This document shows positions 23,014 to 38,881 of a DNA stretch of 64,000 nucleotides, one piece after another. Positions within the stretch are counted from its first letter, which is position 1, and the number at the start of each line of letters is the position of its first letter. The position numbers and the translations under genes are program-made. Below the pieces are notes generated by a model. The model saw only the letters and a program-made list of their open reading frames with translations, was not told the origin of the DNA and did not search any database. This DNA is from an uncultured Gammaproteobacteria bacterium (GTDB taxonomy: Bacteria; Pseudomonadota; Gammaproteobacteria; Steroidobacterales; Steroidobacteraceae), in NCBI GenBank assembly GCA_963735775.1, contig CAVTMG010000002.1:459904-523903 (forward strand), read 5' to 3'.

Positions 23014-23550
23014 ATGAGCATCAGGCGCGTATTGCGCATGGGCGATCCTCAGTTGCTGCGAGTCAGCGAAGCGGTGCGCGTGACCGACAACCCGGAATTG
23101 CTGGCGCTGCTGGTGGACATGCGCGATACCATGGCCGCACTCAGCGGCGCGGGTCTCGCAGCGCCACAGATCGGCGTCCCGTGGCGAGTCGTGATCTTCG
23201 GCACCGGCGCGCACAATCCCCGCTACCCGCAGGCGGAAATCGTGCCTGCCACAGTCCTGATCAATCCGCAGTTGCAGCCGCTGGGCGAGCAGATGCAGCT
23301 GGATTGGGAGGGCTGCCTGTCAGTGCCGGGCATGCGCGGGCTGGTGCCGCGCCATGAGCACCTGCATTACCGCGGCCAGGATGAACACGGGCAAGCCATC
23401 GATCGGCGCGTGAGCGGATTTCACGCCCGTGTCGTGCAGCACGAAGTCGATCACCTGGACGGGATTCTCTATCCCATGCGCATGACCGACATGAGCCAAT
23501 TCGGTTTCAACGAGGAGCTGTTCCCGGGGCAGACATTGGAAGAGGATTGA
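23014..23550 (+). CDS. def: peptide deformylase
   Basis: Contains GAGLAAPQIG, EGCLSVPG and HEVDHLDG motifs. Confidence 0.92.
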   Translation: MSIRRVLRMGDPQLLRVSEAVRVTDNPELLALLVDMRDTMAALSGAGLAAPQIGVPWRVVIFGTGAHNPRYPQAEIVPATVLINPQLQPLGEQMQLDWEGCLSVPGMRGLVPRHEHLHYRGQDEHGQAIDRRVSGFHARVVQHEVDHLDGILYPMRMTDMSQFGFNEELFPGQTLEED

Positions 23551-23557
23551 ACTCGGG

Positions 23558-23881
23558 TCAATCGCTGCGGCGCGCCGCAAGGCCGCAGAATGCACCGGCA
23601 GTGTCGACTTCGAGGTTCAGTTCAATGGGCTGGCAGCAGACCTGGCAGTCCTCGATGTAACTGGCCGAGCCGCCCGAGAGATCGGCCAGAGTCTCGAAAC
23701 TCTCGCCGCAATAGGGGCACTGAATCGGCACGAACTGCGAGCCCTGTGCGCCGGCGGTCTCCCCGGCGGGCGCTTGTCCTGGTTCGAACACCGGATCCAG
23801 ACCATAGCGTGCATCAATCGCCTGCGCTTGTGATTGGGTTTGCTGGGTCGCTGCCGGCTTGCGCGGGCGCTGTGCACTCAT
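23558..23881 (-). CDS. CPXCG-motif cysteine-rich protein
   Basis: ..IQCPYCGESFE..YIEDCQVCCQPIEL.. is preceded by a Q/A-rich N-terminal tail. Confidence 0.7.
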   Translation of the reverse strand: MSAQRPRKPAATQQTQSQAQAIDARYGLDPVFEPGQAPAGETAGAQGSQFVPIQCPYCGESFETLADLSGGSASYIEDCQVCCQPIELNLEVDTAGAFCGLAARRSD

Positions 23882-23928
23882 GCGCTTACCCTAACAAAGG
23901 CTGCGCTTGATCGCGTAAGATTCTGTGC

Positions 23929-24219
23929 ATGGCTGACGACGAGCACAATCCTCTGAGGCAATCGCTCATGCAGTTGCGCTCGGAACTCGCGCGCGCGCCG
24001 CGCCTTGATGACAACGCCAGGCAGCGCTTGCGTTCCGCCCTGGCGGATATCGAGCACAGGATCCATCAGCGTGGCGAGACGCCTGTTGCGGGCGGTGAGC
24101 CTTCCGGGACCTCACCGCACCCGCTCGAGGCGCTCGCGGTCGGCTTCGAGACCGACCACCCGACTTTGGCCGCTGGCGTGCGTCAGCTCATCGATCTGCT
24201 GGGCCAGGCGGGCCTTTAG
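23929..24219 (+). CDS. DUF4404-like small helical protein
   Basis: MADDEHNPLRQSLMQLRSELARAP..LRSALADIEHRI....HPTLAAGVRQLIDLLGQAGL matches the pattern I recall for DUF4404. Confidence 0.55.
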   Translation: MADDEHNPLRQSLMQLRSELARAPRLDDNARQRLRSALADIEHRIHQRGETPVAGGEPSGTSPHPLEALAVGFETDHPTLAAGVRQLIDLLGQAGL

Positions 24220-24799
24220 GTCCTGGCGGGTGCTGCGCCATCCTGGCTTTCCAGGCCGCCATGGACTTTGACAGCTGAGCCTTCTGATCCGGCGTCAGAA
24301 CGTTGTACAGCTGCAGCTTGAGATCGCTCATGCGCTGGATGCGATCGGCTGCGCGCTTCTTGGCGGCTTGCACCGCCGCGCCATAGTTCGGATCGCCGGG
24401 ATTCATCATTGCCGCCATGTCCGGTGCGCCCGAGGCGCGCTGGGTCGCGAACTGCTGACGCGCAGTGGAGAGAATTCCATGCAGCTGCTGCTGCTGCGCG
24501 GGAGTCAGGTTGAGTTCGTGAAAACTGCGCATCAGTCCCATTCCAGCCCCCCAATGCTGGTGGTGGCGCCAGTGATGGTGATGATGGTGGTGGTGATGGT
24601 GATGACCATCCCGGTCTTCGCCCCAGCGTCCGTCCCCGTCACCGTCGCCGCGGCCATCCATGTGCATGGGGTGCGGATGCATGGCTGGCGGACCGCCGGG
24701 GCCGGCGCCCCCGGAATCCGGCGCATTTTGCGCCAGCGCGGCGCCGGCGATGGCGGTGATCGCCACGGCCAAAATCAATTGACGCAATCTGTTTGACAT
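24188..24799 (-). CDS. periplasmic Spy/CpxP/ZraP-family protein with an 11-residue poly-His tract
   Basis: Has the signal MSNRLRQLILAVAITAIAGAALA, then GDGDGDGRWGEDRDGHHHHHHHHHHHWRHHQHW, and two LTPxQ motifs (LNLTPAQQQQL, VLTPDQKAQL). Confidence 0.75.
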   Translation of the reverse strand: MSNRLRQLILAVAITAIAGAALAQNAPDSGGAGPGGPPAMHPHPMHMDGRGDGDGDGRWGEDRDGHHHHHHHHHHHWRHHQHWGAGMGLMRSFHELNLTPAQQQQLHGILSTARQQFATQRASGAPDMAAMMNPGDPNYGAAVQAAKKRAADRIQRMSDLKLQLYNVLTPDQKAQLSKSMAAWKARMAQHPPGPKGPPGPADR

Positions 24800-24924
24800 A
24801 CCATCGCCTCGTTTGTCCCGTGTAACTATTAGGGACAACATTCAAACGCGACAGTGCCATGGCAGTGCACGGGCCGGCGCCAGTACCGAGTTAAGTTGCG
24901 TCAATTCTCGTCAAGCCGCCCGGA

Positions 24925-26748
<1,824 letters not shown>

Positions 26749-26830
26749 GGGATTGGCGGTCAGCCCGGACAGAAAAAGGGCGCCGAGGGTAGCAGAACGC
26801 CGGGGCAGCTGCTAAGCTATTTCCAGATTC

Positions 26831-26846
26831 ATAAAGATATCGTTAT
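26831..26846. promoter_or_regulatory. imperfect palindrome ATAAAGATATCGTTAT abutting the regulator start; candidate ArsR/SahR-type operator
   Basis: 14 of 16 positions are self-complementary around a central GATATC, in the typA / regulator divergent region. Confidence 0.4.
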
Positions 26847-27821
26847 ATGTTTAAAGGGTCGGTGGCGAGTCAGGATCTTGGGGAGGTGGTGCGAGCGCTG
26901 AAGAGCGCCGCGGAGCCCACCCGCCTGCGCCTGCTGGTGCTGCTCAGCCATGGAGAGCTCACGGTCGGGGAACTGTGCTGCGTGCTCGGGCAGAGCCAGC
27001 CGCGCATTTCGCGGCATCTGCGGGTGCTTACCGAGGCCGGGTTCCTGGATCACTTCCGAGAGCAGCAGTGCGTCTATTACCGGGCGCCAGTGGGTGGCCG
27101 GAGTCTGGAGTGGTCGCGGCAATTGCTGTCCATGGTCGATCCCGACGCTCGCCTGCTCAAGCATGATCGCGAGAACGCAGCCAGCGTCGTCATGCAGCGC
27201 GCGGATGTTGCGACACGGCAATTGAGTGGTAGCCAACCTGGGAGCTCCGAGACCGGATCGCGCGAGGACCTGACCAGCGTGCTGCTGGAGGAGCTCGGGC
27301 CCTCCAGCATCGGTGAGCTGCTCGACATCGGCACCGGCGCCGGACTGATGCTGGAGATACTGGGCCCGCGGGCCGAGCACGCCGTCGGCATCGATATTTC
27401 GGCGCCGGCACTGCGCCTGGCGCGTACCCGCGTCCACGGGGCCGGGCCTGAGCACTGCGAGTTCCGGCGCGGGGACATGTACGCGCTTGCCGTTCGAGGA
27501 CGGAGCTTCGATACCGTCACCATAGATCGCGTGCTGACGCTGGCCGAGCGGCCGGCTGGCGGCTCTAGCCGAGGCCGCACGCGCCCTCGGCCTGGTGGCC
27601 GGCTCGTGGTGATCGAGGACTTCGAGCAATTGGCGGCTCGTGCCGACGACAATCCGTTCGCGCAACTGCGACGCTGGCTCGCCGGTGGCGGTCTGGTTGC
27701 CGGCCGCCTGCGTCCCTGCGACCTGGCCGAGCGGCACTACCTGGTGGCGCTTGCGCGCCATGCCTCACAGAACGCGGGCGCCGTCCCGGCTAGTCTTCAC
27801 CGCAACATGGTATCCGCATGA
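26847..27821 (+). CDS. ArsR-type HTH fused to a SAM-methyltransferase-like domain (SahR-like regulator of methionine-cycle genes); contains compensating indels
   Basis: The HTH is ..LKSAAEPTRLRLLVLLSHGELTVGELCCVLGQSQPRISRHLRVLTEAGF.. and the MTase motif I is LLDIGTGAGLM. The stretch MYALAVRGRSFDTV..AERPAGGSSRGRTRPRPGGRLVVIE reads as out-of-frame versions of ..LPFEDGSFDTV.. and ..AAALAEAARALRPGGRLVV. The gene is coupled to metF by ATGA. Confidence 0.75.
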   Translation: MFKGSVASQDLGEVVRALKSAAEPTRLRLLVLLSHGELTVGELCCVLGQSQPRISRHLRVLTEAGFLDHFREQQCVYYRAPVGGRSLEWSRQLLSMVDPDARLLKHDRENAASVVMQRADVATRQLSGSQPGSSETGSREDLTSVLLEELGPSSIGELLDIGTGAGLMLEILGPRAEHAVGIDISAPALRLARTRVHGAGPEHCEFRRGDMYALAVRGRSFDTVTIDRVLTLAERPAGGSSRGRTRPRPGGRLVVIEDFEQLAARADDNPFAQLRRWLAGGGLVAGRLRPCDLAERHYLVALARHASQNAGAVPASLHRNMVSA

Positions 27822-28735
27822 ACGCCACCCGGCTGAGCCGCCGCATCGTGCCGGTGCAAGATCTCATTCGAGTTCTTTCCGCCCGGCGACGAGAAAATGG
27901 AGCAGACGCTGTGGCAGGCGATCCAGCGTCTGGCGCCGCTGGCGCCGCGCTTTGTCTCGGTCACCTACGGTGCCGACGGCTCGACGCGCGAACGTACCCA
28001 TCAGGTGGTGATCGCGCGTGCTGCACGAGACGCCGCTGACGCCGGCGCCGCATCTGACCTGCGTCGGTACGACCGCGGGCAGATTCTGGATATAGCGCGC
28101 GGCTACTGGCACGCAGGCGTGCGTCATATCGTCGCATTGCGTGGCGATCCGCCGCAGTCCAGCGAGGGCTATCGTCCGCATCCAGGGGGCTTTCCCTACG
28201 CGGTGGATCTGGTGCGCGGCCTCAAGAGCGTCGCGGATTTCGAGATCTCGGTGGCGGCATATCCCGAAGGGCATCCGGAAGCGCCGAGCGCCGGCCGTTC
28301 GATCTGGACAATCTCAAGACCAAGCTCGATGCCGGCGCTGATCGCGCCATCACGCAGTTCTTTTTCGACACCGAGGTATTCCTGCGCTTTCCGCGATCGC
28401 TGCGCCGCTGCCGGTATTACGCGCCAGCCTGGTACCGGGCATTCTGCCGATCACGCGCTTCCCGCAGATGCTGCGCTTTGCCGACGCGCTGTGGCACGCA
28501 GCGTGCCCGACTGGCTGTGCCAGCGCTTCGAGGGGCTGGAGGAGGATGCCGATACGCGCCGCATGATCGCGGCGGCAGTCGCCATCGCCCAGGTCGAGCA
28601 GCTGGCCCGCGAGGGCGTGGAGGAATTTCATTTCTATACGCTCAATCGCGTCGAGCTGACCTACGCCATCTGTCATGCGCTGGGTGTTCGTGCGGCCGCA
28701 GAGCGACGCGCGCGGCCTGTGCGCAGCAGCCGGCC

Positions 28736-28739
<4 letters not shown>
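27818..28739 (+). pseudogene. metF: 5,10-methylenetetrahydrofolate reductase, many frameshifts
   Basis: Fragments include ..FEFFPP..EKMEQTLWQAIQRLAPLAPRFVSVTYGADGSTRERT.., ..HIVALRGDPP.., ..FEISVAAYPEGHPEA.. and ..EGVEEFHFYTLNRVELTYAICHALGV. They lie in alternating frames. Confidence 0.85.
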
Positions 28740-32473
<3,734 letters not shown>

Positions 32474-32477
<4 letters not shown>

Positions 32478-34327
32478 CCAACGCAGTGCGGCCGCCTGCA
32501 CACGCCGCGGCGCCGCCGGGCGGCAGCCCGGAGGTGTTGCGCGGATTCTTCGGTGTGTTCCGCTACAGCCGTCGCGCGATCGGACTGGTGTGGAGCACCA
32601 ACCGCGCCTTGCTCGCGGCGCTGGCACTTCTGACCATCATCGCCGGATTGCTGCCGGCGGGCGTGGCCTATATCGGCGCGCAAATCGTCGATGCCGTGGT
32701 GGCGGCACGCAACCTGCCGGCGCTGGGGGCCGCGCGCGTGCTGCGCCTGGTGCTGATCGAGGGCGTGCTGGTTGCCGCTCTGGCCGGCGCCCAGCGCGGG
32801 CTGTCGCTGTGCCAGGCGCTGCTGCGCGCGCAACTGGGCCAGCGTGTCAACGTCATGATCCTCGAGAAAGCCCTGACGCTCGAGCTGCAGCAATTCGAAG
32901 ACTCTGAGTTCTATGACAAGCTCACGCGCGCGCGGCGCGAAGCCTCGAGCCGGCCGCTGAGTCTGGTGATGCGCACTTTCGGCCTGGCGCAGAATGCCAT
33001 TTCGCTATTGAGCTACGCCGCGCTGCTGGTGCGATTCTCACCGTGGACGGTGTTGATCCTGCTGCTGGCAGGCCTGCCGGCCTTCCTCGCCGAAGCGAAG
33101 TTTTCCGGCGATGCCTTTCGCCTGTTCCGCTGGCGTTCACCGGAAACGCGCATGCAGACCTACCTGGAGACCGTGCTGGCGCGCGAAGACCACGCCAAGG
33201 AGGTCAAGCTGTTCGGGCTTGGCCCGCGCCTGCTGCAACGCTATCGCGATATTTTCACGCGCCTGTACCGCGAAGATCGCGCGCTGTCGATTCGCCGCGA
33301 TGGCTGGGGTTTTGCGCTGGGTCTGCTCGCCACCACGACTCTGTACGGCGCCTATGCCTGGATTGCGCTGTCGACCGTTCGCGCCCTGATCAGCCTCGGG
33401 CAGATGACCATGTACCTGCTGCTGTTTCGCCAGGGCCAGGCCGCGGTCACCGCCATCCTGTCTTCGGTCGGCGGCATGTACGAGGACAATCTCTACCTGT
33501 CGACCTTGTACGAATACCTCGAGACCGAAGTGACACGCGTGCCGGGTAGTGCGCTGCGCGGGCCCGATCCCGCCGATGGCGTGCGCTTTGAGCGGGTGAA
33601 TTTTACCTATCCCGGGGCAGCAGCCCCGGCGTTGATCGATATCGATCTGCACCTGCCGCCGGGCGCGAGCCTTGCGCTCGTGGGCGAGAATGGTTCGGGC
33701 AAGACCACGCTGATCAAGCTGTTGACGCGCCTTTACAACCCGGATTCAGGGCGCATCCTGCTGGATGGACTGCCATTGCCTGAATGGCAGGACCAGGCCC
33801 TCAAGGCGCGCATCGGCGTGATCTTTCAGGACTTCACGCGCTACCAGATGCTGGTGGGGGAGAACGTGGGTGCCGGCGATGAACGCTACTTCGAGGACGA
33901 ACAGCGCTGGCGCGATGCCGCGGCCAAGGGGCGTGCGGCGGAATTCATCGAGCAACTGCCCGGCGGCTATCAGACACAGCTGGGCAAGTGGTTCCGCGAC
34001 GGCCAGGAGCTTTCCGGCGGCCAGTGGCAGAAAGTAGCGCTGGCGCGTGCCTTCATGCGCACCCAGGCCGACGTGCTGGTACTGGATGAGCCCACGGCGG
34101 CGATGGATGCACGCGCGGAAGCGGAGATTTTCGAGCACTTTCGTACTCTGGCTCGCGATCGCATCACGATCCTGATTTCGCACCGTTTCTCCACCGTGCG
34201 CATGGCCGACCAGATCGCCGTGCTGGATCGTGGCCGCATCATCGAGAAGGGCAGCCACGAAGCGCTGATGGCGCTGGGCGGACATTATGCGCAATTGTTT
34301 TCGCTGCAGGCGCGCGGCTACCGTTGA
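32474..34327 (+). CDS. ABC exporter, fused permease + ATPase
   Basis: A GTG at 32474 overlaps the metH stop (GTGA). It has an N-terminal 6-TM region, Walker A GENGSGKTT, signature LSGGQWQKVALARA and Walker B VLVLDEPT. Confidence 0.85.
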
Positions 34328-34647
34328 ATCGGTACAATGCGACACTTATGGACGAAGCCGCCGACACTTTCGATTCCGCGTTTTCCAAGGCGGTAGATCT
34401 GGGCAATCGTCTGGCCGGCAAGGACAAGGAAGCCGACCTTTGGGACATTGCCGACGGGCTGTTAGCCGGTGCGATTCAATACTGGCTATACACGCGTCAG
34501 CCCTGCGGGGATCCGCACTGCGAAGACTGCGTGCCGATCAGCACCGCCGAGGCGCGCATGGCTGAGCTCAAACGCCTGATGGATCAACTCGCCTCAGAGA
34601 GCGAGTACTTCCACGCGCCCACCGACGCCAACGCCGGACGCGCCTGA
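34324..34647 (+). CDS. small hypothetical protein (possibly DUF3144-like)
   Basis: 107-aa ORF whose ATG overlaps the ABC stop; an alternative ATG is at 34348 (MDEAADTF..). Contains ..LLAGAIQYWLY..CGDPHCEDC... The family assignment is tentative. Confidence 0.45.
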   Translation: MNRYNATLMDEAADTFDSAFSKAVDLGNRLAGKDKEADLWDIADGLLAGAIQYWLYTRQPCGDPHCEDCVPISTAEARMAELKRLMDQLASESEYFHAPTDANAGRA

Positions 34648-34657
34648 GCTGAAACGC

Positions 34658-35959
34658 CTAGCTGGCGGCCGCCATACGCGCGGCGATCACGTCCATCAGG
34701 GCCGCTTCCAGCAGATCGAGGCCTTCGCCGAGCAGTGCATCGCTGATGGTCAATGGCGCCAGCAGCCGGATCACATTGCCGTTTACGCCGCAGGAGAGCA
34801 GCACCAGGCCGCGTGCGGCCGCGGCCTGCACCAGCGCGCGCGTGAGTTCGGCATCGGGCTGATCCGGGCGCCGGTTCTTGACCAACTCCATGGCCACCAT
34901 GGAACCCAGGCCGCGAACTTCGCCAATGGCCGGGCACTTGGCCTGCAGAGTCTTCAGGCGCGTCATGATCTGTGCGCCCAGAGCGCCGGAGCGTTCGACC
35001 AGATGCTCCTCGGCAATGATGTCGAGCACCGCGAGCGCCGCGGCGCAGGCCAGCGGTGAACCGGCGTAGGTGCCGCCGAGTCCGCCGGGGAGCGGCGCGT
35101 CCATGATCTGCGCCTTGCCGACTACCGCCGACAGCGGCAGGCCGCCAGCGATGCTTTTGGCGACGGTCATCAGGTCCGGCTCGACGCCGGAATGCTCGCA
35201 CGCGAACATGCGTCCGGTGCGCGCAAAGCCCGACTGAATCTCATCGGCCACCAGCACTATGCCGTGCTGGTCGCACAGGGTGCGCAGGCTCCTGAGGAAC
35301 TCGGGCGGGGCAATGTAAAAGCCGCCTTCACCCTGCACCGGCTCGATGATCAGCGCCGCGGCACGCGCCGGGTCCAGGTCGGTCTTGAACAGTTGCTCGA
35401 TTGCGGCCAGTGACTGCTGCGGCGTGACACCGTGGTAGCTGGAAGGAAACGGTACATGAAACACCTCGGGCAGCAGCACACCGAATCCGGACTTATAGGG
35501 CTGCACCTTGCCGGTCAGCGTCATGGCGGCGAGCGTGCGGCCGTGGAAGGCGCCGCTGAAGGCGATCACGCCCGATCGGCGGGTGTGATAGCGCGCAATT
35601 TTCAAGGCGTTTTCCACCGCTTCGGCGCCGGTTGAGAACAGAATCGATTTCTTCGGCGTCGAGCCCGGGGCGAGCGCATTGAGGCGCTCGGCCAGGGCGA
35701 CATAACTCTCGTATGGGGTCACCTGGAAGCAGGCATGGCTCAACTGGGTCAGCTGCGCCTGTACCGCCGCGACCACGCGCGCGTGCAGATGCCCGGTGTT
35801 GAGCACGGCGATGCCGCTGGCGAAGTCGACGTAGCGGCGGCCCTCCACGTCCCAGAGCTCAGCATTGTGGGCCCGCTGCGCATAAATACCGAGCGAACTG
35901 GCCACGCCGCGGGCCACCGCGGCGCCCCGACGGCGATGCAATTCGGCGTTACTTGCCAT
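34658..35959 (-). CDS. class-III aminotransferase (4-aminobutyrate / omega-amino acid transaminase-like)
   Basis: 433 aa. Contains ..DVEGRRYVDFASGIAVLNTGH.., ..ADEIQSGFARTG.. and ..MTVAKSIAGGLPLSAV. Confidence 0.85.
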   Translation of the reverse strand: MASNAELHRRRGAAVARGVASSLGIYAQRAHNAELWDVEGRRYVDFASGIAVLNTGHLHARVVAAVQAQLTQLSHACFQVTPYESYVALAERLNALAPGSTPKKSILFSTGAEAVENALKIARYHTRRSGVIAFSGAFHGRTLAAMTLTGKVQPYKSGFGVLLPEVFHVPFPSSYHGVTPQQSLAAIEQLFKTDLDPARAAALIIEPVQGEGGFYIAPPEFLRSLRTLCDQHGIVLVADEIQSGFARTGRMFACEHSGVEPDLMTVAKSIAGGLPLSAVVGKAQIMDAPLPGGLGGTYAGSPLACAAALAVLDIIAEEHLVERSGALGAQIMTRLKTLQAKCPAIGEVRGLGSMVAMELVKNRRPDQPDAELTRALVQAAAARGLVLLSCGVNGNVIRLLAPLTISDALLGEGLDLLEAALMDVIAARMAAAS

Positions 35960-36091
35960 GGAGCCTCCGGAACGGACCTGAATGAACTATAAGCCTAACG
36001 GCATAAGCTCAAAACCGGATTCGTTTGCCCGCCGCGGGGCCGCATCGCTAGAATCCCGCGCCCTTACTCCTGTACAGCAAACGGTAATTAC

Positions 36092-37129
36092 TTGAACGAC
36101 ACCAGCATCACCACGGAAGTGGTCGTTATCGGCGCAGGACCGGCAGGGCTCTTCCAGGTCTTCGAACTCGGCCTGTTAGGCATCAAGGCTCATATTCTCG
36201 ATACATTGCGCCAGCCTGGAGGGCAGTGCACGGAGCTGTATCCGGATAAGCCGATCTACGATATTCCGGCGCTGCCCTACTGCGGCGCCCAGGAACTGGT
36301 GGATCGACTGCTGCAGCAGATCAAGCCCTTTGGCGCTGAATTTCACCTGGGCGAGGAGGCGGTGGAACTCAAGCGCCAGGAAGACGGCCGGTTTCGCCTG
36401 GTCACGAGCCTGGGCACGGTGTTCGATGCCGGTGCCGTGGTGATCGCTGCCGGAGTGGGCTCGTTTCAGCCGCGCCGGCTCAGCATCGAGACCGCCGAGC
36501 AGTTCGAGGGCTCCCACATCCACTACCGGGTCAAGACCGCCGGCGATTTTCATGGCCGCAAGCTGGTGATCTTCGGCGGCGGGGACTCGGCGCTCGATTG
36601 GGCGCTGGATCTGGCGCCCAAGGCTGCCAGCCTGGCACTGGTGCACCGCCGGCCGGAATTCCGCGGTGCGCCGGCCACGCTGGCGCGCCTGCGGGAACTG
36701 GCGGCGGCCGGCAAACTGCGCTTCGTCGAGGGACTCGCACATTCATTGCACAGCGATGCCGGTGCGATCAAGGGCGTGCAGGTCAAGAAAGCGGGTGGCG
36801 AACTGGAGCTGCTCGAAGCCGAGCAGTTGCTGGTGTTCTTTGGTCTGGCGCCTAAGCTTGGGCCCATCGCCGACTGGGGGCTGGAGATCGACAAGCGCGC
36901 CATCAAGGTGGACACGGAGAAGTTTGAGTCCAACATTCCCGGTGTGTTCGCCATCGGCGACATCAACACTTATCCGGGCAAGAAGAAGCTGATCCTGTCC
37001 GGTTTTCACGAGGCCGCGCTGGCCTCGTTCGCGATCCAGCACTACCTATACCCGGCCAAGAAGCAGTTTCTGCAATACACCACCACCAGTCCGGCGATGC
37101 AGAAACGTCTGGGTGTTGCGACCGCCTGA
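36092..37129 (+). CDS. ferredoxin-NADP+ reductase, thioredoxin-reductase-like type
   Basis: TTG start. Contains VVVIGAGPAGLF, ..VIFGGGDSALDWA.. and ..AIGDINTYPGKKKLILSGFHEAA. Confidence 0.8.
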   Translation: MNDTSITTEVVVIGAGPAGLFQVFELGLLGIKAHILDTLRQPGGQCTELYPDKPIYDIPALPYCGAQELVDRLLQQIKPFGAEFHLGEEAVELKRQEDGRFRLVTSLGTVFDAGAVVIAAGVGSFQPRRLSIETAEQFEGSHIHYRVKTAGDFHGRKLVIFGGGDSALDWALDLAPKAASLALVHRRPEFRGAPATLARLRELAAAGKLRFVEGLAHSLHSDAGAIKGVQVKKAGGELELLEAEQLLVFFGLAPKLGPIADWGLEIDKRAIKVDTEKFESNIPGVFAIGDINTYPGKKKLILSGFHEAALASFAIQHYLYPAKKQFLQYTTTSPAMQKRLGVATA

Positions 37130-38001
37130 TGGACCAACGCCTGGCGGCATTGGTGCGCCTGCTCGAGCTGGAACGGCTCGAGGTCAATCTGTTTCGCGGT
37201 GCCAGCCGCGATATCGGCAGTCCGCAGGTGTTCGGCGGGCAAGTGCTCGGCCAGGCGCTGAAAGCTGCCTATGGCACGGTCGAGACGGGACGCGTGGCGC
37301 ATTCGCTGCACGCGTATTTCCTCAAGCGTGGCGATTTCAACGCGCCGATCGTGTACTTCGTTGATCGCAGCCGTGACGGCCAGAGCTTTACCAGCCGGCG
37401 CGTGACAGCGCTGCAGCACGGCGAGCAGATTTTTCACATGTCAGCCTCGTTCCAGCTGCCGCAACCCGGCGTTGAGCACCAGATTGCGATGCCGGCGGTG
37501 CCCGATCCGGAAAGTTTGCCGGACTCGGGACTGCCCACCCGCAGACTCATTCAGCTGCCCGAGAAGATGCGCCAGTTCTACGCCCAGGTGCACCCGTTCG
37601 AATTTCGCAGCACCGATCCGATCGATCCGCTACGGCCGCGCAATGCCGCACCGGCACAGCACATCTGGATCCGCGCGATTGATCGCCTGCCCGACGACGA
37701 TGTATTGCACCATTGCCTGTTTGCATACGTGTCGGACTTTCATCTGCTCGGCACCGCCGTGCGCCCGCACGCACTGGCATTCGCCAGCGGCAACCTCATG
37801 CTCGCCAGCATCGATCACGCCATGTGGTTCCACCGTCCGGTGCGTATCGACGAATGGCTGCTGTGCGCCATGGACAGTCCCAGCGCCTCGGGCTCGCGCG
37901 GCTTCGCCCGCGCCAGCGTGTTCACGCGCGCGGGCGTGCTGGTGGGCAGCACGGCGCAGGAAGGGCTGCTGCGACTGATCGAGCCGCTGCCTAACCGGTA
38001 G
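37129..38001 (+). CDS. tesB: acyl-CoA thioesterase II
   Basis: LLELERLEVNLFRG....VFGGQVLGQAL..HSLHAYFL..GD...PI.Y.VDR.RDG.SF..RRV.A.Q.G shows the double hot-dog pattern. Confidence 0.85.
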   Translation: MDQRLAALVRLLELERLEVNLFRGASRDIGSPQVFGGQVLGQALKAAYGTVETGRVAHSLHAYFLKRGDFNAPIVYFVDRSRDGQSFTSRRVTALQHGEQIFHMSASFQLPQPGVEHQIAMPAVPDPESLPDSGLPTRRLIQLPEKMRQFYAQVHPFEFRSTDPIDPLRPRNAAPAQHIWIRAIDRLPDDDVLHHCLFAYVSDFHLLGTAVRPHALAFASGNLMLASIDHAMWFHRPVRIDEWLLCAMDSPSASGSRGFARASVFTRAGVLVGSTAQEGLLRLIEPLPNR

Positions 38002-38872
38002 CGGCGACCCCGCCGAAGCGGCCGCTGCGATAATCCTCCACGGCCTGCTCGATTTCCGCGCGGGTATTCATGACGAACGGTCCATATTGAACCACCGGCT
38101 CACGCAGCGCGCGCGCGGCGAGCAGCAGCGCGCGCGCACCCGCAGCGCCAGCCTGCATGACGACGCTGCCGCCCTCGGACAACACCCCCGCAGCCCGGTG
38201 GGGCAGCGCCGTGGCGGCGCCATCCGGTCCGATGCGCAGATCGCCTTCGTACAGATAAAGGAACGCGTTGTGATCGTGCGGTAGCGGGATCTCGACCCGC
38301 TCGTTGGCGCCGAGCTGAACGTCCAGGTACAGCGGGTCGGTGCGCAGGCGCGCGGCCGTGCCATTGACCGGGCCGCTTACCTGCTGAGCGTCCAGGCTGA
38401 CGCTGCCGGCAATCACTTTCACCTTGCCGCCACCGCCCAGGGCCAGGGTCGGGATCTCGCCCGCGGGAATGTCGCGATAATGTGCCGGCTTCATCTTTTC
38501 GTCCGCGGGCAGATTGAGCCAGAGCTGAAAGCCGCGCATGCGCCCTTGCGATTGCTGCGGCATTTCCGAATGGATGATGCCGCCGGCCGCACTCATCCAT
38601 TGCACGTCGCCGGGGCCGAGATCGCCACGATTGCCGAGATGATCCTCGTGGCGCATGTGCCCATCGAGCATGTAGGTGACGGTCTCGAAGCCGCGATGCG
38701 GGTGCGACGGAAAGCCGGCGAGGTAGTCGCGCGGATCGTCGGAATAGAACTCATCGAGCATCAGGAACGGGTCCACGTACAGCCCGCGCTCGCTGCCGAT
38801 GCTGCGCCGAAGTTTGACCCCGGCACCGTCGGCGGTTGCCACCGATTCAATGATCCGGGTCAGGGTACGCAT
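37991..38872 (-). CDS. pirin-family protein
   Basis: Contains ..DPFLMLDEF....GFPSHPHRGFETVTYML.G...HED..GN.G.L.PGDVQWM.AG.GI.HSE. Confidence 0.9.
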   Translation of the reverse strand: MRTLTRIIESVATADGAGVKLRRSIGSERGLYVDPFLMLDEFYSDDPRDYLAGFPSHPHRGFETVTYMLDGHMRHEDHLGNRGDLGPGDVQWMSAAGGIIHSEMPQQSQGRMRGFQLWLNLPADEKMKPAHYRDIPAGEIPTLALGGGGKVKVIAGSVSLDAQQVSGPVNGTAARLRTDPLYLDVQLGANERVEIPLPHDHNAFLYLYEGDLRIGPDGAATALPHRAAGVLSEGGSVVMQAGAAGARALLLAARALREPVVQYGPFVMNTRAEIEQAVEDYRSGRFGGVAATG

Positions 38873-38881
38873 GTAAGTCTC

